From contig CAVUHM010000001.1 in assembly GCA_963741255.1 (NCBI GenBank), forward strand, positions 10,675 to 74,674: a DNA stretch of 64,000 nucleotides, written 5' to 3'. The position numbers and the translations under genes are program-made. The DNA is from an uncultured Gammaproteobacteria bacterium (GTDB lineage Bacteria; Pseudomonadota; Gammaproteobacteria; Steroidobacterales; Rariloculaceae). Under the pieces are notes generated by a model. The model worked only from the letters and a program-made list of their open reading frames with translations. It had not been told where the DNA came from and ran no database searches. This document shows positions 20,068 to 28,370 of the stretch, piece by piece. How positions within the stretch are numbered: the first letter of the stretch is position 1; each line of letters begins with the position of its first letter.

Positions 20068-21581
20068 CTACTCTTGCGGACGATTGCAGACCACTTTCGA
20101 GAGCGCCATCCCTTCGCCTTCCACGCGCATGCAAGTCGGGCGATAGCGTTCGCGCACGTAGTACGCGTCCTCGAAGTCTTCTTGCCGCGGGTTCTCCATG
20201 CAGTCGTACTCGAACGGGTGCCGCGCGGCGCTCTTCTTCCAACTGCGCTTGATCGTGAATGGGGCGTCGTAGTACTCCGGGGTCGGTGATCGTCACCTCG
20301 ATATCGATGCTGCTGTTGTCGGGCGAGAGCGTCAGTCGCTCGACGGTGTGCAGCTTCGCGCTGGTCGGTTGCCCGCGCGCGTCGAGCTCGGCGTAGCCGT
20401 TGAATCCAGTGGTATCGATCACCAGCGTGTTGTCTTCCCAGCGACCGACGGAATCGCCGACGTAGCTCGGCTGCAGGCTTGCGGGATGCTCGGCGCCCAA
20501 CCGAACACGCCGCACCATGCGCGGCATCTCGAATAGGATCGTGAGCCTCGTCGGCGGACTGCAGAACCAGGATCTTCTCGCGCGGCATCGTCATCGTGGA
20601 GACGGCGCCGGGGCGGCACGACGTCCAGGCCGTGTGCATGATCTGCCCCGCGGCCATCGCGGCAGCGCCGCGATCGACCAGCGCCCGACCGGCCGTCGAG
20701 AGCGGCGCCTCCGGCACCATGAATCCAAAGGTCTTCGGTTCCCACATGCCGCTCAACCGCGGTGTCGCAGTGGCGGCGGAATCGGTCGTGACCGCAGGGA
20801 TCTCGATCGCTGGCTGCGCGTTGGCCAGCGGCGCGGGTAGTGCGGTGCGCACCGCTGGCTCACCGTCCGCAATCCTGTCGGGACAGATATCGTCGACGAC
20901 GTGCGCGGCGCTGTCTCGGTGGAAGTACAGGACGGTTTCCCAGGGTGCCGTGTAGGTGTCCGGATCCTCGATCGTGAGACGGTCTTCGAGGCGCCCGTCC
21001 GAGAGTACGCGCAGGCGCTCGGTCAGCACCAACTGATCGGAGTGAGGCAACCCCGTCGCGTCGAGCGCCGTGGCGTCGCTGAGTCCGATGGTGCGGATCA
21101 CCAGCGTATCGCCTTCCCAATGACCCACCGGGAAGCCCATCGTAAGCGGCAAGGGCGGGTCGTCGACCGCGCCGCCGGCCAGATCGACGATACGATGCCA
21201 ACGGTACCAGCCGTGGATGAAGGCCAGGTAGTCACCGTCCCGGCGGATCTCGAAGGGATAGGGCATCGTCATCACGCGAGGCATACCGGGCCCAGCACAC
21301 CACGTGGTCTGGTCGAAAGAACTATCGCCGGATTGCAGGCGCTGGAGCCGCTCCGCATGCACGCGGGCGGCCTCGGGCGTGAGTGGCGCCGGCGATCCGT
21401 CCACTGCGAGAAGCCGCTGCGGAGCAGCATCGGGCACCCAGGTGCCGAGCACGGCGTCGGGTCCGCTCGCCACACTGACGTTGTCTGATTTCGGACTGCA
21501 AGCAGCCATTGCGGCAACGCAAGCGAGCACCCCCAGGCGCAGCAGATTGAAGAAGCCGGCGTCGACGTGCAGGGTCCCCAT
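20068..21581 (-). pseudogene. two-domain GDTLV-motif lipoprotein (tandem internal duplication), frame broken about twice
   Basis: GGAGAG lies before ATG 21581, and there is a lipobox LACVAAMAAC. Domain 1 has WCAGPGMP and GHWEGDTLVIRT...DPDTYTAPWE. Domain 2 has GRWEDNTLVIDTTGFNGYAELDARGQPTS and ends HPFEYDCMENP. Joined from ORF 20013-21713, ORF 20054-20527 and a third frame with its stop at 20068-20070. Confidence 0.65.
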
Positions 21582-21600
21582 TTGCTCTCCTACTCGTGCA

Positions 21601-22029
21601 TCACTGGCCGTTGGCCGGCGGGGGCGGAAGCGCCCTGACTCGCGCGGCGACGCCTTCGAGCTGACGACCGTCCTCGAACGTGAGCACGCGCAGCGTCCCA
21701 TAGGGCTCACCATTGCGGGCCGGCGAGAGGAGCATCGTGACCACGTCCCCCGCCTTGACGCTGTTCTTACGCCATCCGAGGTTGACGTTCAGGCTTGGAG
21801 AACCGATCTCCACGGACCACTCCACCTTCCGTCCGCCCGCGTCGTCGACCAGCAGCTGAATATAGGAATGTGGATTCGTCCACTGCACTTCCTTCACCGT
21901 GCCCTCGATGGTGATCTGCTTCGTGTAGTCGAACTCCGCCGTCGAGTGATGCGCCGTTGCGACGCGCACCGAGAGGAGCGCTGTCGCGCCAGTCACGATG
22001 CCGAGAAGACGCCGTCGGCTGACTCGCAT
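21601..22029 (-). CDS. small secreted protein with predicted mature N-terminus HHS (DUF6152-like, copy 2)
   Basis: Intact 142-aa ORF. TAT-like signal SRRRLLGIVTGATALLSVRVATA|HHSTAEFD. NPH motif (WTNPHSYIQLLV). Its stop lies 19 nt upstream of the start of the 20068-21581 gene. Confidence 0.75.
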   Translation of the reverse strand: MRVSRRRLLGIVTGATALLSVRVATAHHSTAEFDYTKQITIEGTVKEVQWTNPHSYIQLLVDDAGGRKVEWSVEIGSPSLNVNLGWRKNSVKAGDVVTMLLSPARNGEPYGTLRVLTFEDGRQLEGVAARVRALPPPPANGQ

Positions 22030-22230
22030 GCGTCACCCCCCCCTTTGAAGTTGCCGTGCGGCAAAACGTATTCGCCGCAGCATACCAGTCGCGAAAACTC
22101 ATTCTTTGGCTCGTCGCCGGTGACTTCGAATCGGTCGTTTGGCCTGGCGACAGCGCGATAAGTTGGTGCGAGTCTGCCGCCGCGCTTGTAGTAGCCTATC
22201 GAACCGATCCTTCAAAAGGAGAATGCTGTC

Positions 22231-22789
22231 ATGCGAGCGATACTCTCCCGCGGCACCCTCGCAACTCTTTTTGTGAGTGCGGTGTTGCTGCCTGCAAACG
22301 CAGTCCGTGCTGAAAGCCAGCAGGAAGTGCTCGACCGCTTTCTGCATCAGCGAGCTCCAGTCTCGCTATGCTCTTGCGCATGATTTGACTGACCCGGCGA
22401 TGTACGCGTCGGTATTCACCGAGGACGCCGAGCTCTATGCGGCGGGTAGGTTGCTGGCCAAGGGCCGCCAGGCACTGCACGCGATTGGCGTCAATGACCG
22501 CAAGCGCTTCAATGCCGGTGCGAAGGAAGGGGAACGATCGTTCGGGGCGCTACGCCACGTCATCACCAATTCTGTCATCGAGCTCGATGGGGACACTACC
22601 GCGACTGGAGTTTGTTACGTGATGACCGTGGTCAATCGGCCGGAGCGTGGCCCGGAAATCCTCAGCGTCGGCCGTTACGAGGACGAATATCGAAAAGTCG
22701 ATGGAGAGTGGCTGATCGCCAAACGCGAGATCGTCATGGACATGGGTAACTCGGAGCTTGGGAAGGCGACGGGGTTGTTCGGCGAATAA
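22231..22789 (+). pseudogene. exported SnoaL-like/NTF2-fold protein, one frame break near 22339
   Basis: AAGGAGA lies before ATG 22231. The signal peptide MRAILSRGTLATLFVSAVLLPANAVRA is in a short unlisted frame. The body is ORF 22277-22789 (ELQSRYALAHD...VGRYEDEYRKVDGEWLIAKRE). The break coincides with a TTT run. Confidence 0.65.
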
Positions 22790-22822
22790 CAGGTGGCGTC
22801 CTGGCGAGACGAAACGTCCGGC

Positions 22823-23626
22823 TCAGACGTCGAAGGCACCGACAACCTCGGTCATGAAGGAGACGGGGCTGATCGAGGTGAAGTGGGGGATGTCGTCGAC
22901 GACGCGCTGGTGATTCCTGCTCGCGGCTGCGGCGAAGGCCTGCGCATCGGCGACGTAGATATTCGCAGTGCAACTGTAAAGGGGAGGGTTCGTCCCCTCC
23001 GGGGAAGACAGGCCCTTGCGTATTTCTATCCGACTGATCGCCTCGTGACCGAACAGCTTGATCAGCGAGGTCACGTGATGGTCCCGATAGTATTCATGAT
23101 CGAAACGGTCGGCAGGACCCTGGGGATATAGCACGGTCAGGCATCGGTCACCCGTTCGTGTCGCGCTTGCAGGCTTACCCGTCTCGCCAAACACCACCTC
23201 GCTCTGAACCTGCTGCTCACCATTGGTGAAGTGAGCTCTGTCTTGCACCATGGCCTGGCCGTGGGCGGCACTGGCTTTGGCAAAAGCTCGAGGATCAGGA
23301 ATCCAGAAGTTGACGATGGCCGCATACGGGGAGGGCGGCTCGCCTTCAGCGACGAGGGGCTTGCGCATTTCCACACGCGTCAATGCGTCGCCATACAGAC
23401 TCTGCATGATCGCAAGGTGCTCGTCGCGGTAGTAGTCGTAGTCGAAATGGACTCCGGCGCCACCCGGGAAAATAGCCGTGTAGGCCCGCATGCCGATGCT
23501 GACCCCGCCGGCGGCGTCCGCGAGCACCTGCGGCATCACCGCGCCGGCCACGACTGCGCCGGAAGCGCGTAGGACCTGTCGGCGGGAGACGAACGGGGAA
23601 CTGTGTCTGTGGACGGTATTGACCAC
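22823..23626 (-). CDS. tandem EthD-domain protein with TAT signal
   Basis: Intact 267-aa ORF. N-terminus SRRQVLRASGAVVAGAV. Two repeats of the EthD pattern (FDYDYYRDEHL...PPSPYAAIVNFW... and FDHEYYRDHHV...PPLYSCTANIY...). Confidence 0.75.
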   Translation of the reverse strand: MVNTVHRHSSPFVSRRQVLRASGAVVAGAVMPQVLADAAGGVSIGMRAYTAIFPGGAGVHFDYDYYRDEHLAIMQSLYGDALTRVEMRKPLVAEGEPPSPYAAIVNFWIPDPRAFAKASAAHGQAMVQDRAHFTNGEQQVQSEVVFGETGKPASATRTGDRCLTVLYPQGPADRFDHEYYRDHHVTSLIKLFGHEAISRIEIRKGLSSPEGTNPPLYSCTANIYVADAQAFAAAASRNHQRVVDDIPHFTSISPVSFMTEVVGAFDV

Positions 23627-23634
23627 GTCGTGTG

Positions 23635-25881
23635 CTATCCGCGCGCGAGCGTCGCTTGGTCGATCGGCAGGCGCCGTACCCGCTTACCGCACGCGGCATA
23701 GATCGCGTTGCAGAGCGCAGGAATCACCGGCGGCAACGCCGGCTCGCCGAGCCCCGTCGGCGGATTATCCGTCCGGCGGAAATGCACTTCGACGGGCGGC
23801 GCCTGGTTGATGCGCAGCAGCGCGAAGTCGTGAAAGTTCGATTGCACCGTGCGGCCGTTCTCGATGTTGATCCGTGCGAGCGCCTGGCTGATGCCGTCGA
23901 GCGCGGCGCCCTGCACCTGATTCTCGGCGCCGGTCGGATTGATGATCTGGCTGCCGACGTCGGCGGCGATCCACACTTTGTCGACTTTGAGCTCGCCGTT
24001 CGCGCTGACCGTGGCCTGAACCACCTCCGCGAAATAGCCCATGTGGCTGTAGTAAAACGCCGTGCCCATCCCGGTCCCCGGCGGAAGCTGCCGCCGGGCA
24101 TCCCAGCCGGACTTCTCGCGCACGAGCTCGAGCACTCCGCGCATTCGGCCGGTATGGAAATCGGGCTGCGGCCCGTAACGATCGTCCGTCGAATCGAGTA
24201 TCCGCGGCTCACCGAGCAGATCGAGACGGAACTGCAGCGGATCGCGTCCAGCGGCATGGGCAAGCTCGTCGAGAAAACTCTGGAACGCGAACGCGAGCCC
24301 ATTGCTTTCCGGTGCCCGCAGCGGCCCGGTCGGCACGCCCGACGGAATGAACGACGCGGCGAACTCCATGTCAGCGACGAAGCGGGCAGGAAACTCGTCG
24401 GGACCTGCAAAAGCGGACGACGCCGGCCCTTCGCCGGTGCCGAGCGTCACGAAATGGTCGCGGAACGCGATGAGGTCACCGCGGCTGTCGAGGCCGGCCT
24501 TGAAATAGTGGAAGCCGGCGGGGCGGTAGAAGTCGTGACGAATATCGTCGGCGCGGTTCCACAGCAGCTTCACCGGCACGCCGGCGTGCTTTGAGATGGC
24601 CGCGGCCTCCACTGCGTAGTCGCTCGAGCCGCGCCGGCCGAAGCCGCCGCCGCACCGGGTTAGATGGATCGTGATGTCCTGTGGGTCGAGCCCGAGCGTA
24701 CGAGCAATCACGGTTCGATTGCTCTCGGGGTTCTGCGTCGGCGCCCAGATCTCGAGCTTGCCGCCGGCGTACGACGCCGTGCAGTTTTGCGGCTCGAGCG
24801 TCGCGTGCGCGAGAAACGGATAAGCGTAGTCGGCTTCGAGCACCTGCGTGGCACTCGCGAGTGCTGCGTCGACGTTGCCGTCCTTGACGATATAGGTAGC
24901 GGGCGCTTGCCCCTTAAGTCTCGCTGCCTCCGCGGCGAAGCGCGCGTCGCTATCGCGCGCGGCGTCGCCTTCGTCCCATTCGACTTCGAGCTGCTCCCGC
25001 GCCTGCTCGGCAAGCCACCAGCTGTCGGCGACGATCGCGACGCCGTCGACGAGCCGGTCGAGCGGCCCCGTGGAGCCGGCGACACTCTCGTCGCCTCGCA
25101 CGATGAAGGCGTCGCGGACTCCCGGCAGCGACTTCAACGCGGCGACATTCGCGCTGACGACCGTGCCGCCGAACACCGGGCACTTCGCATAGATCGCGTA
25201 CTTCATGCCCGGCACCGTCACGTCGATGCCGAACAGCGGTTTGCCTTCGACCACGAGCGGACTATCGACGCCCCGCACGGACGTGCCGATGATCGTGAAA
25301 TCTTTCGGGTCCTTGAGCCGGACTGCCGCGGGATCCGGCGGCGCGATCTTTGCGGCCGCCGCCGCGAGCTCGCCATACGTGAGCTTCCGCCCGCTCGACA
25401 CGTGCGTGACGGCGCCCGCGGCCGTTCGCAGCTCGCTCGCCGGCACGCCTAAAGCCTCGGCCGCCGCTCGCACCATCATTTCGCGCCCCGCAGCGCCGAC
25501 CCGGCGCAGCGGTTCCCAATTGAGTGGCGCCGCGGTGCTGCCGCCGGCGAACTGCGGCGCATATCTGGCGCCGTCGGCGATCGCCTGCTCGATCCGTACG
25601 TTTTTCCAGTCGACGTCGAGCTCTTCCGCGATCAGCATCGGCAGCATGGTCTTGACGCCCTGGCCGATCTCCGGGTTCTTGGCCGTGATCGTGACGATGC
25701 CGTCTGGCATCACCTTGATATAGGCGTTCAACACCTCGCCCGTCGCGGACACAGCTGCCCGCACGCTCGGCACGTGGAACTCGAGTAACAGACCGCCGCC
25801 GGCCAGCGCGCTCGCTTTGAGGAACGTGCGGCGGGAAAGCCCGGACTTGGTCGCGGCTTCGGGTACGACATTCATGGCCAT
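23635..25881 (-). CDS. molybdopterin-binding subunit of a xanthine-dehydrogenase-family oxidoreductase (IorB / membrane-bound aldehyde dehydrogenase type), TAT signal
   Basis: ORF 23635-26406 trimmed to MAMNVVPE at 25881, 5 nt after the 2Fe-2S gene stop. N-terminus SRRTFLKASALAGGGLLL. It has the long conserved body typical of IorB-like subunits. Confidence 0.9.
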   Translation of the reverse strand: MAMNVVPEAATKSGLSRRTFLKASALAGGGLLLEFHVPSVRAAVSATGEVLNAYIKVMPDGIVTITAKNPEIGQGVKTMLPMLIAEELDVDWKNVRIEQAIADGARYAPQFAGGSTAAPLNWEPLRRVGAAGREMMVRAAAEALGVPASELRTAAGAVTHVSSGRKLTYGELAAAAAKIAPPDPAAVRLKDPKDFTIIGTSVRGVDSPLVVEGKPLFGIDVTVPGMKYAIYAKCPVFGGTVVSANVAALKSLPGVRDAFIVRGDESVAGSTGPLDRLVDGVAIVADSWWLAEQAREQLEVEWDEGDAARDSDARFAAEAARLKGQAPATYIVKDGNVDAALASATQVLEADYAYPFLAHATLEPQNCTASYAGGKLEIWAPTQNPESNRTVIARTLGLDPQDITIHLTRCGGGFGRRGSSDYAVEAAAISKHAGVPVKLLWNRADDIRHDFYRPAGFHYFKAGLDSRGDLIAFRDHFVTLGTGEGPASSAFAGPDEFPARFVADMEFAASFIPSGVPTGPLRAPESNGLAFAFQSFLDELAHAAGRDPLQFRLDLLGEPRILDSTDDRYGPQPDFHTGRMRGVLELVREKSGWDARRQLPPGTGMGTAFYYSHMGYFAEVVQATVSANGELKVDKVWIAADVGSQIINPTGAENQVQGAALDGISQALARINIENGRTVQSNFHDFALLRINQAPPVEVHFRRTDNPPTGLGEPALPPVIPALCNAIYAACGKRVRRLPIDQATLARG

Positions 25882-25886
25882 CGCGG

Positions 25887-26366
25887 TCAGCCCTCGCTCG
25901 CGTCGGTCGGCGACAGCCCGGCCGCCCGCTTGATGGCGGCGCGGATCCGCGTGTAAGTGCCGCAACGGCAGATGTTGCCGGTCATCGCGGCGTCGATGTC
26001 CGCATCGGACGGCGTGGAATTGCGCGACAGCAGCGCGGTGGCGGACATGATCTGTCCCGCCTGGCAGTAGCCGCATTGGACGACGTCGACATCGAGCCAG
26101 GCCGCTTGGACCTTGCTGCCGATCGGCGTGGCACCGATCCCCTCGATCGTCGTGATCGCACCTTCCGCGACGGCGGACACCGGCGTCACACAAGCGCGGA
26201 TCGGCGCGCCATCGATGTGCACCGTGCAGGCGCCGCACAGACTCATGCCGCAACCGAGCTTGGTTCCCTTGAGCTCGAGCTCGTCGCGCAACACCCAGAG
26301 CAGCGGTGTCCGCGGGTCCACGTCCACACTCCGGCTCTCGCCGTTCACGTTCAAGGTCAATTTCAT
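25887..26366 (-). CDS. (2Fe-2S)-binding small subunit of the same oxidoreductase (IorA type)
   Basis: Intact 159-aa ORF with cysteine motifs [11 protein letters not shown] and CGYCQAG...CRCGTY, typical of the two [2Fe-2S] clusters. Confidence 0.9.
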   Translation of the reverse strand: MKLTLNVNGESRSVDVDPRTPLLWVLRDELELKGTKLGCGMSLCGACTVHIDGAPIRACVTPVSAVAEGAITTIEGIGATPIGSKVQAAWLDVDVVQCGYCQAGQIMSATALLSRNSTPSDADIDAAMTGNICRCGTYTRIRAAIKRAAGLSPTDASEG

Positions 26367-26406
26367 GCCTGTATCCTAGCTGACGGGTCGTGCCGGCGCC
26401 GGTCAA

Positions 26407-27336
26407 CTAGAGCCCCTTGCTTTCGTATTCCCATGCCGGATCGCCGCAGAGGCCGCAATTCGGACCGACGAAAGCGCGGGAAGCATCGCTGCTGCCACGG
26501 AGCTGCCAGTCGAGCCAGTCGATGACGACTTCGGCCGCCGCTCCGCCGTTCGGTTCCCAGTAGGTGCCGCCATGGCCCTTGTCGATGTTCGCGACGGCGA
26601 TCGGCACGTGATTGATCTTCTGGTAGTCGTCCATGCCGTTTGCGTAGGCGATATCGGTCGGCCCGCCAAGCACGTACAGGGTCGGCGTGTGCAGATCCTT
26701 GATCCGGCCTTTCGTCTCGACCATCGCGCCCATGCGGGTCTCGCCGTCGACGAAGAGGCCGCTGTTCATGATGACGACGGTCTTCACGCGCGGGTCGGCC
26801 GCAATCGTCAACGCCTGAACGCCGCCACAGCTGAAGCCGGAGATCGCGATCTGCTCGGGATCGATGCGGCCGTAGTAGCGGCTGCCGGAGCGCTCGTTCT
26901 CTGCGAGCGCCCAGTCGATCGCGGCGCCGAGCTGGGCCGGACGCGTCGGCGCGTAGTTCTCGATGCTCGTGTCCGCGGGCCGCGGCGGCGCTTCAGTCTT
27001 GCCGGGACCGTTGTAGATGCCACCAGGCGCGATCGCGAGGTAGCCGTGCGAGGCGACATTCAGCAGATGGAGCCGCGCGCTCGCACCGTCGTTCGAGCAG
27101 CCGCCGTTGCCGAACACGTACAGCCCGAGCTTCGTGTCGCCGAGAGCCGCTAGATCGGCCGGCCGGTAGACGACCTGGTCCGGCAGGCCGGCATCGATTT
27201 CCTTGATCGGCGCAAACGGGCCAGTGCCCGGCGTATCGGGAATCGCGTCGAGATTCGCGGGTGGCTGCCCGGAGGCAACGCCTGTCGCGATCAGCAGAAC
27301 GGCTGCAAGGACGGTGGAGATTCTGCGCGTGCTCAT
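26407..27336 (-). CDS. secreted alpha/beta hydrolase (serine esterase, chlorophyllase/dienelactone-hydrolase-like)
   Basis: Intact 309-aa ORF with a signal peptide. GFSCGG nucleophile elbow and a C-terminal Cys pair NCGLCGD. It is clearly paralogous to the gene at 27426-28331. Confidence 0.8.
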   Translation of the reverse strand: MSTRRISTVLAAVLLIATGVASGQPPANLDAIPDTPGTGPFAPIKEIDAGLPDQVVYRPADLAALGDTKLGLYVFGNGGCSNDGASARLHLLNVASHGYLAIAPGGIYNGPGKTEAPPRPADTSIENYAPTRPAQLGAAIDWALAENERSGSRYYGRIDPEQIAISGFSCGGVQALTIAADPRVKTVVIMNSGLFVDGETRMGAMVETKGRIKDLHTPTLYVLGGPTDIAYANGMDDYQKINHVPIAVANIDKGHGGTYWEPNGGAAAEVVIDWLDWQLRGSSDASRAFVGPNCGLCGDPAWEYESKGL

Positions 27337-27425
27337 TGGTTATCCCCCGAGATGCTGCTGCAAACAGCTTAGAATTTGAATCACCCGGTGCGCTACCGGG
27401 CAACTATATCCTGGGGGCAGGCGCT

Positions 27426-28331
27426 ATGCCGATCATGAATCTTCGAATCACAGTCGCAATGTCGTCGCTGCTGCTGGGGTCGCCATGGCTGGTCACGGCG
27501 CAGGCCGCGGACCCGGCAGGGTCCGGCGCGGAGCCCGCGATCGTGTATTCGGACGAATCGCTGCCGACGCATACGATCTATCGTCCCGAGCATCTGCAAG
27601 GCGACTATCCGGTCGTGCTCTGGGGAAACGGCTCTTGCGCCAACAGCAATTTCGGCTACCGGGAGTTTCTCGCGGAAGTCGCCTCGCACGGCTTCATCGT
27701 CCTGGCTCTCGGCCCCTATCGCGATTCTCCGCCGCCGCGGGAGCAACGCTCGGCGGATCCGGCCGAGTGGCCGCCGTTCGACACGCGCTACAGCCAGATG
27801 TTCGACGCGCTCGACTGGATCACCGCCGAGAACGGCCGGCCAGTCAGCCCGTTCCACGACAAGATTGCGATCGACCAAGTGGCCGTGATGGGCCACTCTT
27901 GCGGCGGGCTGCAGGCGGTCAAAGCGTCTCTCGACCGGCGCGTAACGACGGCGCTCGTGCTGAACAGCGGCATGATGGCCGACGACGACCAGTACATGGG
28001 CCGTCACGAGCTGCAACGCGCGATTCTCGACGAGATGCACGCGCCAATCGCGTACTTCATCGGCGGCGAAAGCGATATCGCGTACGCGAACGCCGAGGCC
28101 GATTGGCAAGAGCTACAGCGGCTCGATATCGCAGCGATCAACGCGAACATGGACGTCGGCCACGGCGCGACCTACCACCTGCCGAGCGGTGGACCGTTCG
28201 CGAGCGGGCCGCTGGCATGGCTCAAGTGGCAACTGAAGGGCGATGCGGAAGCGCGCGCGATGTTCGTCGGCAACGAGTGCGGCTTCTGCAATGACGGCGA
28301 CTGGACGTTGCGCCGCCACTTTCCGGAGTGA
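27426..28331 (+). CDS. secreted alpha/beta hydrolase, divergently transcribed paralogue of 26407-27336
   Basis: ORF 27261-28331 trimmed to MPIMNLRI. It has a signal peptide, a GHSCGG nucleophile elbow and a C-terminal ECGFCND. Confidence 0.8.
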   Translation: MPIMNLRITVAMSSLLLGSPWLVTAQAADPAGSGAEPAIVYSDESLPTHTIYRPEHLQGDYPVVLWGNGSCANSNFGYREFLAEVASHGFIVLALGPYRDSPPPREQRSADPAEWPPFDTRYSQMFDALDWITAENGRPVSPFHDKIAIDQVAVMGHSCGGLQAVKASLDRRVTTALVLNSGMMADDDQYMGRHELQRAILDEMHAPIAYFIGGESDIAYANAEADWQELQRLDIAAINANMDVGHGATYHLPSGGPFASGPLAWLKWQLKGDAEARAMFVGNECGFCNDGDWTLRRHFPE

Positions 28332-28370
28332 ACCAGCTACCGACGCGTGTCGTACTTGCCGATGGCATCG

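Noticed and set aside
319-23626. Secondary-metabolite cluster suggested by the names SnoaL, cyclase, EthD, SDR and ester-cyclase-like folds
   Set aside because: There are no PKS, NRPS, terpene or RiPP core genes, and nearly all of these proteins carry export signals. A periplasmic catabolic or modifying role fits better than biosynthesis.
23635-26406. 923-aa ORF suggesting one giant fusion of the Mo subunit with upstream sequence
   Set aside because: The first 175 codons are an alternative frame over the 2Fe-2S gene. A Met followed by a TAT signal at 25881, 5 nt after the 2Fe-2S stop, is the sensible start. The same reasoning trimmed ORF 1392-3314 to 2996.
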